From positions 13,266,050-13,330,049 of the forward strand of contig NC_134026.1 in NCBI RefSeq assembly GCF_964204645.1: a DNA stretch of 64,000 nt, written 5' to 3'. A program made the position numbers and the translations under genes. The notes under the pieces were generated by a model. The model was not told the origin of the DNA. It ran no database searches and was given only the letters and a program-made list of their open reading frames with translations. Source of the stretch: Tubulanus polymorphus (Eukaryota > Animalia > Nemertea). Below are positions 43,647-57,853 of this stretch, piece by piece (positions within the stretch are counted from its first letter, which is position 1; each line of letters opens with the position of its first letter).

Positions 43647-46600
43647 CCATTCTGTGTCCTGTCGGAAGTTTAAGGGAATATTTTTTATTTTGTAAGGATG
43701 CTGGCATAACCATTAGGAATGGTTTTCCATTTAGGGTTACCGCGAAAGGAGGGAGTATCTTAAACAAACCTTTAACCTCGTCGGCCGGAAACAGTAGGCT
43801 TAGATCTTGCCTCACCGCCTGCAATTGCTACGAAGGGGAAACTTTGCATAGTTTCCGAGTCGGAACTTCAGTGATCCTGGCCATGGCTGGCGGCGGCGCA
43901 CCTGCAATAGCGGATTACATTGGTTGGGCAAAAAACTCAGGTATGCCAAAATATTACACGGCTATGGATAGAGTCATGGCAACCAGAGCGTCGGCCACCA
44001 ACGTGGCGGAAGCCTTGGGCAACGATTCTTCCCAGAGATACATCGATTCAAACAGCACCCTGGGTTTTGTAAATCTCGATATTCATTAAGTAAAATTATG
44101 TGGTCTTTCCATAAAGCAAATGAACGAACAGACAGCTATTCTTATTTATTTCGGAGGATCGACTTGGTTGGTTTTGGGGTGTTGGGTGTTGGGAAAGAAT
44201 GGTGTTCGTATTCCGCCGGGCATAGAGGAAGTGTACTTCTGGGCTATATCGAGTTTCTTCCCATCACCTATATATCTGGAGCTGAAACCGCATAACAGGA
44301 GTGGGAATAGTATACTATATCTCGCTGCGTGGCGTGGCGATTTCAGCGGAAGTAGACACTTCGTTTTCGGAGCACCGGTTGTTAGGCATTTGACTGGGCG
44401 AGTCTCTTGGCCGAGTTGGGCCTGTGTAGAGACTAAGAAAAAAAAATGAAACGAAAGGCTCCCGTTTGCGCTTCAAGGGTATATCGTAGGACTCTTAATG
44501 CTCATGAATTATCATCCCACAATAACAATGAATCCAATTCTGCATGTACACTAGCACGACTGATTACTGATCCAAATATTTAAACATGACATAAGAAAAA
44601 AACAATTACACAAAACGTCAAGGACTTACAGCATCTGTGACGCTTAATTTGAAACGTACGATTGCACACTGTGGTTTGAATATATTCCCACCAGCTGCAA
44701 GAATCGGCAAAGGAATTGAAGACCGTAGTGACCAGTTCATTCCACGATTAATAGCTGGAAAGAAAGTAATCGAAATAAACAGTCGTATACATACGTGTAA
44801 ACCAGTCCCTTACTAACTGCTAAGGCTTTCCAATGGCTCTACGCACTACATTAAGGGCCTAAATCTATTCTAGGGGTAACCCCCAAAAAGCTAGGCATTA
44901 GGCAAGTAGGTAGCCAACAATGATCATTGCTTTACCGAGTACTCATTTGATATCATATGTACTCATATCTAGCACCACCCAGTGGAAAGGTAGCCTTAAC
45001 TGCAGTTAGACCAAGAAATCATGTCTAACATTCCCTGGTTAGTGGATTCTCACCTTGCATAAACTCTGCTGTCGTTGTCATCGATCCGAGTCGTCAAGTG
45101 AACGCGGAAGTAAAATTCCATGGGGAAATCCCTTATATTCCAGACCATATTACGTTGATTTGAGCCAGAAATCTTCAGGAAATGTAGCCAACGTAAATTG
45201 ATTTACTAATAGAATTAATCAATTGACTCATTTAGGGATCATAGTTCATTAAAGTCCTAAAACTCGCCATAAATCTTCGATAAATTTAAGCTGAAAATGA
45301 TCTCAACCATCCGCCATGTTGGCTGCATATTGTTCGCAGTAAATGACGGATTCGGACTAATTGTAAGTCTGAATTCGTGATATACGGTTGAGTTTGACGC
45401 TCGAGGTCGTCCGGTAATTTGTAAGCTTTTCGGGATATACTTTTATCAATGGATGACAATGATTTGCATTATTCTTGTCGCTGTTTAGACCCGGTAATTA
45501 CACGGGATTAATTCATAATAAATCACTATATGCAAATTCGAAATGGTCAGACGCTGAGTTATATTTCTGACAGAAATGAAAATTACGTTTATAAGCTGTT
45601 AGTGGTCGAATCTGAGAGGAGTTTCATTTTTTGAAAAAATTTTGGCTGGAATGTGGAAAATTTATAATAATAATAATAATCAAGAGAACTACAAGAGGGT
45701 TTCTGCGAAAGCAGCAGAAACCCTAATTAAGAATTAAATAGACCTACAACAGAGAATGATTAGTATAGCTGATGAATATAGCCGATTTGTTTATGTGGTG
45801 TAGGTCAATACAAAACATTTTGACTGGAAATTAGAATTGGGTTAACTTTGAAAACAATTAACTATGTATCATTATCACAATATTCAAAAATTGGTAACCG
45901 TGTGCGATAACGATACATTTTTAGATGAACCTTTTTTTGATTCGTCCTTTAAAATTTAAAATGTTGTACGTTTAAAATGTGTGGTGAACCCCTTTAACTT
46001 TTGATAATATGTAGAGAGACTGAATAACTTGATTTGCTAGTCTGAGACATCGACTAGGTTTAATGGGGAGACGACAGGGGGGGGGGGGGGAAGAACATTT
46101 AATGCTTTAAAAAACAATTAAACTGTTCCAAACTCTATGCGTTTCATGATAGACTGCGCAGTTTAAAAAGAACTAGTAAATTCAAAGTTCTAATACAACT
46201 CAAAAAAGAGAATTGTGTGTATTATCGGCTCAATTTTTATCAAAACATTCAGTTGAATTGATTGCAAATTGTTTGTTGGATAAAAACATAGAGTAGTGAA
46301 CATTCAAAGTAAAGTAATGCTTTGGGCCTAATTATTATCGTGATATTGTAGTTTCGAGCCTATAGGGCCACGTGTACATGATCAGGCAATTATTCCTTTG
46401 TTCATGCAACTAACTGTCGTATAATTATCTGCCACCACTACTCATACAAACTTCGCTCAGTGCATGCTGCATAGTATATGGACTCGTTCTTTTCGTTGTT
46501 TTGTAAGGTGGAATATTTGGAGCTCGGAAATGTGAATTGACTCTGGTAAGTATCATTCATTGAATGTATATAACATTTGTAATATTTGAAATATATGAAA

Positions 46601-47489
46601 TATAGGACATAAAGCCTGAGTGACTCAGAATCGGATCAGCCATAATTATTGTTTAAAACGTTCCCATTACTTTTGTATTTGTTATAGAAACTGTTCCATG
46701 GAAGTTGACCATAATGTGAGCGCAGTGCAAAAGATCTTTTCCAATCTCGGACCTATGGCGGAAAAAATTAAAGAAATGTACAAAGTCTGTACATTTGGCA
46801 ATCGTGTCGCTTCGAAATAGCGAAATTGCAGAAACAGGTTAGTTGATCTTGACTCATAGCCTTTACTGTGTGACTGTATTTCGATGGAAGATAATCATTT
46901 TCAATCTATATATTCACTGGTTTTCAGATATGATGATAACAGCAGAGCCTCACGTATTACCAAGGATTTTGAGAGAGAATGCGAAAGAATTGAAAACCGT
47001 TAAAAAGGTTCGTATTTTTTCTGAATCAAATTTCACTGTTAACTTTGTTTGTCTTTTCTGTTGACAAATGTATTTGGAACTTATGCATGTTATATTATAT
47101 GTATGTAATATTATATAGTGTTTAGATTTACTCGCAGAGTATGCATCATCGCAAAACATAATCGATTTTGTTACACCATTAATTGTTCTCAATATTATTT
47201 ATATTTCAGGGAAATATACGACCATCATCTGGGTGCTGCGGTTGAAAGGTTGCGAGGGTGGCAGCTTGTTGAAACATTTTATAATATTTTTATATATCAT
47301 TTTATGATATTGAAAGGGGGTCTTACGAGAATCCATTATATGAAATGGTTCTTCAAAGAACCTCTACTAGGGGTTCTTCAAGGAACCCTACAAAAAAGGT
47401 TCTTTGAAGAACCTTTAGGGGTTCTCCCTGGGAGGCAAGCCCAAGAACCCCTAAAGGTTCTAAGGTAGAACCCTTTGTTCTAAGAGAGT

Positions 47490-50125
47490 ATATGAATAAC
47501 ATATATAAATGAAACTCACATTCATGAATAATATATAAATGATCAATTTTAATAAAAAATTTGTTATTAAAATTGAGAGTAAACAAGTACACATTGAGAA
47601 CAACAAATCATTCTTAAATAGAAGCAAAGATACTACAAATGTCAAATCTGTAGATTGTAAATTCAAAAAAAGTTAACAGAATTAACATTACATAAGAAAT
47701 ATTTAATTACAAATATTGAAACAATTACTAATAGATATGGTAAAAATTAGTTATTCACTTAGAATATGAAGGATTAAAAGGAAATAAATATAAATTCAGA
47801 ACATATTTACCAGATAGATTTCATAGATTATCTAGTGAAGATATTGAAGAATTACATTCAGGTGATTTCTATTTTATATACAACAAGGTAAGAATGAAAA
47901 AGGAGACCATGATATAGATTTCGAATAATGTAAAATCAATTTTAATAAAAAAAATTTGATATTAAAATGGAAGCAAACAAGAAGTTCTACTATCTCAAAA
48001 AGCAAGACATAGCGATACTAAATCGCACTTAGAAAATAAATTGAAATTAGAATATAATAATGATATATTAGAAACTAAATTAGATGAATTAAAGAATGAA
48101 AAAGAAAATATATAAATGTGATACATGTAATCAATCATTCAGAAACAAAAGATATTATAAAGAACATTTAAAATCTAAAAATCATATTAGAAATATTAAT
48201 AATGATATTTTAGGTCAAGAATATTTTGATTAAGATATTAATAAGAAACAAAGCACGATTAAAAGAATAAAAAAATAACTTAAACAATAAGAGACTATAC
48301 ATGGAAGATGTAAGAAATTATATTAATTCATTAAATATTAAAAAAAGATATTGAAATTACTGAAGCATTTAAAAATGGTATTGGACCAGCTGCAATTGAA
48401 TTTAAATTTCATAAAGGCAAAACATTAGGAGAAAATAAAAAACATTTAGAAAATATGAAAAATATTATAAAAGTAATTCCAGACATAGAATATCCTAAAA
48501 TTAGTATATCTGCTAAAGTTAAATTTATAAAATCTGAAGATAAACCTATATATAATATAAATTCTCATTTACAACATATTAGTTCAAAACAACATATGGA
48601 TGATAAATTAAATAAATGTTATAATGAAGTAAAAAATAAAATAGAAGAGAAATATTTTGAAGGAACTGGTTTAATATTTGATGTAATAATATTTATGACG
48701 ATACATGTATACAATACAAAATATAATAAATTAACTAAATCAAAACCAATTGATGAAAATAATTTATCATATTATACAGATGATAATATAAATGCATTAA
48801 GTTATATCAAACTACCATTTAAAACTAATGCTGTTATAAATATACAAAATGAAGATGATAAATGTTTTTTATTGTCAATTATTAGTTGCTTACATCTAAC
48901 AGAGGATTTTATACATAGTTTCAGATTAAAGAATTATATAACATTTGAAAATAATTATAAGATAGACAGTTATCCTGTTAGAATTAAAAATATTCCGAAA
49001 ATAGAAAGAGATAATAATGTAAAAATAAATGTATTCGATTTGATTAAATTACCAAACACAAAAGGTAATAATATTAAACATTATACATTAGAACCTTTGT
49101 ATTCATCAAAAGATTATGATTCAAATGGTGTTATAGATATATTATATTATGAGAATCATTATATGTGGATAAAACAAATCGATTTATTTTTTAGATCTGA
49201 AAATAATCACAACAAAATATATCTATGTAGAAAATGTGTAACTAAATTCAGTAATGAAAGTGCATTATTAAATCATAAACAATAATGGAATAATCATGAT
49301 TATTGTAAATTAGTTTTACCAAAAGAAAAAGATAAAATATTAGAATTAAAAAAATATGATTACAAGAATAAAGTACCATTTGTTACATATGGTGATTTTG
49401 AATCATTAAATAAAGAATTAACTGATCAAGATAGAAAAGAAATATATTATAAAAGAAACCAATTAAATACTAATGAAAATGAATTTTCAGAAGAACCACC
49501 AAAAACAAATACTATTAAAAAGATTCATCAATCAGCTGCAGCCTATGGATTATATATAAAATCAGACTATCCCGAACTAATTAAAAGTTAATATTATTAT
49601 TATAGAAATGAAAATGTTATCAATCATTTGTGTGACTTATTAATTGAATATGAAATAAAATTTAATGAATTGTTAAATAAAAATATAGAAATTATAATGA
49701 CAGAACAAGATAAAGCAGAATTTGAGTTTGCAGGTAAATGTTATTGTATTGCAACTTGTATTGTTAATGTATTGTTACTTACAAGCTCAGAAAATCAATT
49801 TTATACCAGTTATATTTCATTATTAATCAGGGTATGATGCACATTTATTCATTAAACAACTATGTCTAAAAATAGAAGAAATCAATAATGAAATAGAAAG
49901 ATTAAATTCAAATAGATCAAAAGTTGTTGCTAAAATACCAACTTATAAATTTAAAATGTTAGCTAAAACTTCTGAAAATTATATATCTTTCCAATTTGGA
50001 TGTCTAAGATTTATAAAAAATTATCAAAAATGAATTAAACCCTGAAAATCATATTCATACAGAAAAGTTAATGGTGACTCGGGAAGATAAATATAATTAT
50101 GTAGTACATTATAGAATTTTGAAAT
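47490..50125 (+). pseudogene. Polinton fragment D: 113-aa gene remnant (47573-47927) followed by pPolB 5' remnant (47967-50125)
   Basis: High similarity of 48780-49990 to 1-1285 and of 49995-50125 to ~1975-2085; N-terminal CDTC...HLKSKNH finger; stops and deletions. Confidence 0.88.
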
Positions 50126-50886
50126 TGTGCTGAAGAGAAATCTACGATAGGTATCGACCCTACTTGACCTTAATTTTTCAATAAGGGGTAGACATTTCAC
50201 CTACCAAAATTCGTACACCTAGTATAATGAAAATGCATCGAGAAAGCAGGCTGATTCGTGCTATATATCAAAATGGCTACCCTGGCAGCAATATTTAAAA
50301 CCCTCCATATACAATAGGCATAGACAGCTTACCTACCCTGATCCTCATACCAAATTTTGTGAACTGCATCGTGCAAACAAGAAATTCAAGACGGCCACCC
50401 CAATGGCAGCCATATTTGATCACCAATGAACTTTTTCACAATAGGGGTGGACATCTCGACAAACCCCGAATCTTCAAGCTAATTTTCGAAAAGATTCAGG
50501 CGAATTACTGTGTTGAATTCAATTCAATTCCATAGTGCCTGGCTTAGGCCTGTGCATTAAGGAGTCAATAAAGATTCGACTTTTTGAAAAACCAGCACAG
50601 ATGCCTATTCAAATCACATGTAATTAAAAAATACAGTGCTTCTTAGTTTGATGTCCCTGTTTTCATCGCGCACGTGGTTTAAATTGTTGTTTACATCGAA
50701 CGTCTTCAACAGCTGATAAAACCGCACCCGTGTCTGTCAATCATCTTAATTGATTCATATACTAAAATGCTAAACAATGTGTTGGTGCTGTGAAATGTAT
50801 GCCTATACGGCAGAATTATACGTGCATGTCAATTTCTCTTTGATACAGTCCGTTTATTATAAGGCCTTATCGTTCTATTGTACACG

Positions 50887-53800
50887 TGTCACGTGGGGGT
50901 GCACGTACGAGTAGTTTTTGTCAGTTTAATAAATTTTGGGACGTCTCGTCGTTTATAGTATGGATTTCCTGGGAAGAACCGAATTGTGGAATTCCACGAC
51001 ATTTCTGGTCCCTCGAACCGGATCCAGGACCACGAAAAGACAGCAATGAATAAGCAACAGCGGAGCCGTAATGCTCATAGAGGCCTTGTAAAGGTAAATT
51101 TTGATAGTATTCGAACATTTATTGCTGCCCAGGACTTTGCGTCCGCCAACGACAATTTAGAAGAGCTAGAATTCCGCCTTGATCTCATTGCTCAGTTAAA
51201 CTCAGACATTGCTGACGGTCTAGACGGCGATGAGTTCGTTAAATTTTTTGAGCCGTCGGAGACTGAACTTTCTGCGTGGCGTATAGAAGTCAAGAAAATG
51301 AGGCGCCAAATCGGAGATGTTTCTCGTGAATTGCCTAAACCCAACCCACAGGCGGAAGCCAAAGTTCACCTGCCTAAAATAGTTTTGCCGAAATTTTCGG
51401 GGGTGATTTTGAAGTGGCAAGGATTTTGGGACTCATTTCATGCTGCTAACGATTCATCAAAAACGTTATCCAACGTACATAAGTTCAATTACTTGAAGTG
51501 TCAGTTATCTGGGGAGGCGTTAGAGTGTGTTTCCGGCATTCCTTTGACGGACACGGGATACAAAGAGGCTGTTGAAATTTTACAATCTCGCTATGGGAAG
51601 TCGCATAAAGTGATAAGTGCGTACACTAAAGCTATTCTTGATCCCCCGAAGCCGTCATATTCTCGCGGAAGCATGCGTTGCTTCCATGATAAATTATGTA
51701 TGTATGTCCGTTCCTTATCGACTCTCGGTAAGAACGACGATATTTTTGGTGGAGTTTTGATTCCAGGGATACTGGGTAAGCTCCCTCCGGATGCTAGAAA
51801 GAGTTTAGTTCGCATTTATGGTGATCGTGAGTATCAGCTGCGTGAAATTATAATGGGTATAGCTCAGGAAATTGTTGTGCTGGAAGCTGGGGAAGATCCG
51901 GGTTCCAAGTTCAAACAGTGTGATGATCCAGGGTCAACCATGGTCGCTGTCAGTCTCACAAAAAATACCGGTAGACCTAGGCCTCCAATGCCCAAACCGA
52001 AAACACGCCATTGTGATTCTGGTAGCCACATAGCCTTAAAGTGTGACACATACAAAGATTACGATTCTCGTTAACCCTATGCTAAGAGTTAAGCCTATGT
52101 TACAAATGTTTGGCGCGTTCGCACATGATATCACGTTGCGCTAGTACGCGCGGTTGTCGCGAATGCAGTGCTAAGCACCATACTTCGTTATGTAAAAAAT
52201 TGTTAGAACCTCCAACGGGGGTAAAGTCCGATGATGTTAGTTTTGTAGGTCCCGCTCAACCGCAAATTTCAGCGCCACCTGTGGGTAACGGGCAGAGTAC
52301 TTCAACTACTTTTATTGAAAACCGCCGTTTCTCAAATAGTAAATCATTCTAAAGATAGTTGTGCTGATTGTGGTATTATGCTGGACGACGGGTCACAGAG
52401 GACTTTCATTAAGCAGTCACTTGTTAATGCTCTGGAGTTGGTGCCATTTCGGAAAGAGTCCATTAGACTTTCTTGTTTTGGGTCTCAGTCGTCTGGTATT
52501 AGAATTTTGGATGTAGTTAAATTCAAACTGCGTTGTAAGGATGAATCTTTATTCGATATTGAGGCTTTAGTTGTTCCTGAAATCGCGGCACCTATCAAGA
52601 CGAGCATTGATGTGGCTTCTTATGATTACTTACGCAACTTACGTCTCGCTAATCACGTTACAGATGATCCGTTGCAATTTCTCTTCTCGTAGGCTCAGAC
52701 TACTATTATGATATAGTTTTAGATAGCATTGTTCGAAGTGCATCAGGTAACAGTCCTGTAGCTGTAGACTTTAGGTTAGGTTATCTTTTATCTGGTCCGG
52801 TACTTGAGACTCGAGATAATCGCGATGTAACCATGCTCAGTGTGCTAGTTGGTCGTTCGGATACTTTAGATTCGAACAGTTTATGGGACCTCGAAACGTT
52901 AGGTATAGAGCATCCCCAAGATGATGATCCGCTGATTCCTTCGCTTACCGTCGACGAATATTGTGAGAACTATATTCGATTTGAGGACACTCGGTACATT
53001 GCCAAGCTTCCTTGGAAGTCCGACCATGTTAGTCTGTCATCCAATTTTGAGACGTGTAAGCAAAGGACGGTTCAGCGTCTTCACAAACTCGGGCATCTTG
53101 GTGAATACGCGAAACTTTTAGCAGATCAAGAAAAGTGGAATTTTATAGAGAAGGTTCCGGATGCTTCAACAGCCGATGCGTGTCACTACTTGCCACATCA
53201 CGCTAATACGTGAAAGTTTTCCCACTTGTAATTTTCACTTGTGGTCTGATAATCAATCGGTTTTGTATCGAATCTTGAATTCTAAATCACTCAAATCCTT
53301 CGAACAGAGAAGAGTTTCGGAGATTAGAGATCTGACAGGATCCGATTCTTGGGGTTATTGTCCTTCTGATTCGAACCCAGCCGATTTGTTATCGCGTGCT
53401 TGCTCTTACTCTGATATTGTGTCTAGCGATTTATGGTGGAAAGGGCCGCATTGGTTAATTGATGGGGACTGGCCCAAGTGGGATCCTAAATCTATTGTAA
53501 ATAGTTTACTTGTGAATGTTGATCTATGTACTGATAATTCGGACGAGAGTTCGATTGATTACTGTAAAATCGATTCGGTTGTGAACATCAAAGTTATCAA
53601 GATTACTCCGTGTTACCGCTTATGTTTTGCGGTTCGTTGATGTCTGTTTAAAACGGAGAAACCGTGGTGATTTCTTGCATCATCGTGAAATTGAAAACGC
53701 AGAGACCGTTTGGGTTAAATGCGTGCAACATGATGTGTTTCAAAATGTTTTTGAAAGTTTATCGAAGGTCAAAGGCAAATCGCCACCTATCGTAACGCAA

Positions 53801-54452
53801 TTGCGTTTGTATATAGATGATAGCGGTGTACTGAGATGTAGAGGAAGACTTGATTTCTCTCAGTTGCCGCAACCGGCTCGTAGTCCGATGTTGAAGTCAG
53901 GGTTGACTGATCTCGTTGTTTGGGCTTCGCACGTTGAAGTGAAACATTTGTAAGTTAATCCTACGGTTGCGTCGATTAGAGAGAGATTTTGGATTCCTCA
54001 GATTCGCCAATGCGTAAAACGCGTCATTGGTCCTTGTTGTAAATGTCGAAAATTAGACGGAAGGTCGTATGGGTTACCAGAACCACCGCCCTTACCTGCC
54101 CTTAGGGTTGCCAAAATTCCCGCTTTCCAGCACACAGGGGTTGATTTTTGCGGTCATTTCAATGTTACCTTGCCTGATGGAGATTTCGTGGTAAAATGTT
54201 ACATTGCGCTATTCACTTGCGCTGTTAGTCGCACTTTACACCTTGAAGTTGTTGAAAACTTAGGTACGGGTTCTTTCATTCGGGCGTTTCGCCGGTTTGC
54301 AGCACGACGCTCATTACCCCATAAAATGCTTTCGGATAATGCGAGTACTTTCTACTCTGCGTCCGATGAGTTGATTTCTATTTTTGAATCTGTCGAAGTG
54401 AGAGAATATTTGGTTAACAAGGGAGTAGAGTGGAAATTTATTGTGAAGCACG
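50887..54452 (+). mobile_element. BEL/Pao LTR retrotransposon, internally deleted and 3' truncated
   Basis: Short TGTC...GACA LTR-like segment 50887-51001; PBS TGGTCCCTCGAACCGG at 51006 (tRNA-Tyr type); gag LPKIVLPKFSG..WQGFWDSF plus Cys/His knuckles; protease MLDDGSQRTFI; YLPHH then RT missing; RNase H WSDN..NPADLLSR; integrase GVDFCG, SDNA. Confidence 0.9.
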
Positions 54453-54454
54453 TA

Positions 54455-55110
54455 TCGGTTCCTCGTTTTGATATCCCGTTTTATTTGGTCGTTTACCCAT
54501 GGAAAATCCTCATCAGTAAGTACATTTTTTTTTACTGCTCAATGATAGTTTTTAACTGTTCATTGAACGAGACGACTGCTTCGTCGATATTACCATTTCT
54601 AATAATCTATTGCCAGTCAGTTTCATTAATTACCACGTTTAAGCAATTTGCATTACATTTGTCATGCATCCGGACCGTTTTTGCCTTTTTAAAATCGGTA
54701 GTTCGGGATTTAGATATTTGGCAGGAGATAGAGCAATGATTAGTTACCTAGAGGAGGATGAACTCTATCTGTGATTCTTCCAGGAGAATCTGTTAAAATT
54801 AGGTCGATGCATGAAGTCGACGAAGCAGTTATCCTCGTTAGTTGGTTAAAGACTTGATTCAGTGCCGTGTCCATGATGATCTGGTTGAGTTCACGACCTG
54901 GTGTACCAGTTGAATCTGATGGACACCATATATAGTTTTTAGAATTGAAATCACCCATTATGATGGAGGTTAACATTTTTCATATTGTTGATTTGAGAGA
55001 ATTAAGAAAGTGACCTCTTTCAGTTGGATTCTGAGATGGCGATCTGTAAAAGAAACCTGCGATAATTTTTTCGTAATTTTGAAAACCAAAGTCAAGCCAG
55101 ATCGTGTCAG
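54455..55110 (-). pseudogene. LINE apurinic endonuclease fragment
   Basis: FYRSPSQ, IMGDFN and SCIDLILT motifs on the minus strand. Confidence 0.75.
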
Positions 55111-56764
55111 GTGGTCGTGTTGTGAACGTAAACCAATAATCCGCGGGTTTCAGGTGTATAATAATCTATATTGTAGTTTTTTAAACTGAATTTATGAGTA
55201 TTATATGTGATGACACCAACTTCACTTGGCTATGACTTTAAACACCTCGGTACTAGCAATATTTCCTAAGAAGTTGAAGCGTAGCCCGCCGTCAGCAGTC
55301 AAGCTATCTATGTTGCTGTACAGAATTGAATCGCTGTCAATCGGACCTGCATTGAGTTCAACATCGCTGCTCAGAAGTAATAGAGAATTTTGGAAAATAT
55401 AAAAGATACAAAGGTGACCAAAGTCTATGTACGATCAATGTAGTTAAACAAAGAAAGCAGTTGAGATATACAGTATTTAGATTTAGCATAACTCGTTTAA
55501 CGCGATACAGTAAACGAAACCACGAGTAAATAATTATTAGGTACACCATACCAAGGCTATACAAGGCTAATATCGTTACAATTATGAGAATAGAGTACCA
55601 TAGCCTACCTAAAATATTAAAAGTATATATTGCAGTAAATAGACACAAAACTGTCGGGTGAAGTGACACAATTTCGAAAACGAATGTTCCCTTTGGAAGA
55701 GCCCGTTGCTGGTGGGGACTTACGGACAATTTTAACAACGCCGGCCGAAGCCCGGTGGTGAAGATAATCAACTGGCATAACCAACTCCAGCTATATCTTA
55801 TCCAGAACAGAACATGTAAATGGCGCTACTCAGAAGGAAAGTTGAAATTAAGATGAAATAGTGGGCATAGTACACATTATGTATATACATGGCGGTTGTT
55901 TTTGGTTAGAAGAATGAGAACCTAAGCTATCGTCAAGTTGCAGTCATGAAGTCACGTGACAGGAACGGAAGATTTTTTTTTTCAGATTGAGTGATACGCC
56001 TCAATGAAATAGGTCCACATACGTAATTCGCTTGTATTAAGAATATTATAAGATAGATATATTCAAATACTGTGAATAATATCATTTTCTAAAATCCTGC
56101 GTAATGAATGCCGATTTAGCGGTTGGTTAAAACAAATCATTACATCTACTCGCGCATAAATACACCATCAATGCTGAGCCTGTTAAAGCGCCAGTACCCA
56201 TACGTACAGCCATATACACGTTGATGCCGACACCGGCTTCCACTTCAAAAGTTAAGAACAAAATATTAGAAATATTTGTGATCCGATTTACACCAAATAA
56301 ACCTTTAAAGTAAGGTATTTAGCATCGGATATTGTGCCGAAAATTCTATATTGATACACTACATATTTTTTCAAGTAAGCGCATTTTTAGTGTAAACCAA
56401 TTATGTTGATTGACAGGCAGGCTCAGCAGCGCGCCTCATTTTATCGATGACGTCAGATGTAAACAATAACATTACCACGTGCGCAATGCAAACGGAAAAC
56501 AAATTGAATTTTTTTAAACAAACTTCTCCGATGGAATATCAATTTCTCATAATTTCATAATTTCGTGATTTATAATTTTTACATCAGACTTTGCTTCTTC
56601 GAACCCCAGGACTTTGAAGTCCTCTTGTAGTTTACGCCAACACGTCTAACATACAGGATTTAATCATCGTCGGTCGATGCAGGTGGCGGGATAACTTTCT
56701 GAACGACTGACTGAATAACGTTATGTGCATAGATACCAATAATATATGGAAAACCTAATTGATT

Positions 56765-57190
56765 GTACAATTCAACAGTGCCTGGTGACCATATAAAAAA
56801 GCCATTGAAACTCACCAAAATCACAGAAAACGCCATGCGCTACAAGTTTGCAATTGATTGTAGTTACAAAATATAGTTACCATTATAAGTAGACGAATTG
56901 TATATTAGTCAATATCTAACTCTAACCTTGTGGCAAGAACAAAGAAGTGATCGAAAATACCATATGAGGAGATTAATCATGTGACTGTGCAAATATTGAT
57001 CGAATATAAAGGCTATAATTTCACCACTGCTGTTATTTCCATAATCCAATTATCAACATTAACTTGCAGCGTCTTCAAAACTTCTCAAAATAACTGGATT
57101 CCGTCCACGGACGGGCGAACGGACAGACGGACGTCGGACGAAAAGTGAACGCAATAGCCAACTGGGACTAACGTCCTAAGTGAGCTAAAA
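56765..57190 (-). mobile_element. HINE family 2, partial copy 3
   Basis: 57070-57190 matches 43240-43347; 56770-56880 matches one internal repeat unit. Confidence 0.7.
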
Positions 57191-57730
57191 TGATTACGAT
57201 CATTAATGGCACTGGTACTCGTGAGGCTTATATGAACCTTCTCAGATGATAATGAGTACATATGAAAAATTGATACTTTTTCATATATTTGGGGACTTGC
57301 TAAGGATATATTTCCATTATGTTTAAACTCTCAAATCAATACAAGACATGTTCTAAAGGTCATATCTTCTGACAAGTAATCCTGGTTAAGCACGTTGACT
57401 TCCTATTGATTTCATTAAACGGTGAGTCAATGTAAGATGAGGCAAGTGACGGAATCAGATGTCTTTCTTTAAAGCCACTGTACACAGACATATGCGAAGG
57501 AAATTACAATACAGCGGTATCATTTTTAGTAATTAGAAGACCATGCATAGAGATACTATACAAAGAAGCGATAGAGGTACTATGAAATATTCGAATGTTT
57601 TTGTGTAGAAATTGAATATCAGTTACTGTGAGGAAAGTAACATCGGAATCAAACTTTACATCTTTTCGACAATGCACCAATTGGTAAGCCTTCAAAAGAA
57701 AATTCGTAATCTGTATTGTTTTTTACAAAC

Positions 57731-57853
57731 CTGCTTTTACAATAGCTACGGTGTAAGCGTCCCCTGCCTTTCTGCATTCTAGAGTTGTACAATTGTGCTT
57801 GGTTGTCCACCTATCGCCTGCTTTTCGGCAAACCCCTTTATCATCAATGCAGC
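57731..57853 (-). CDS. Probable host exon, Cys-rich extracellular module
   Basis: aacacag| (G)CIDDKGVCRKAGDRWTTKHNCTTLECRKAGDAYTVAIVKA |gtttgt; 123 bp, phase 1-1. Link to the FN2 gene is unproven. Confidence 0.55.

Larger units (their letters stand above)
41008..44089 (+). pseudogene. Tyrosine recombinase interrupted by a MITE
   Basis: GQRGSD (catalytic R), FGKT, HSFRVG, IGW...PKYY; removing 41755-43646 and one TSD restores EDPILCPV. Confidence 0.88.
38301..44379 (+). mobile_element. DIRS/PAT-group tyrosine-recombinase retrotransposon, decayed
   Basis: ~61-bp direct repeats at 38301-38361 and 44318-44379; domain order RT - RNase H - methyltransferase-like - YR. Confidence 0.88.

Noticed and set aside
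44630-44754. Exon-like minus-strand segment with good splice signals
   Set aside because: The Cys-rich frame has a stop just after the acceptor and the open frame has no recognisable domain.
37030-47490. Possible large CACTA-like element bounded by ACTCTTAGAA / TTCTAAGAGAGT, with spliced + strand fragments at ~46690-47260
   Set aside because: Termini match poorly, no clear TSD and no recognisable transposase.
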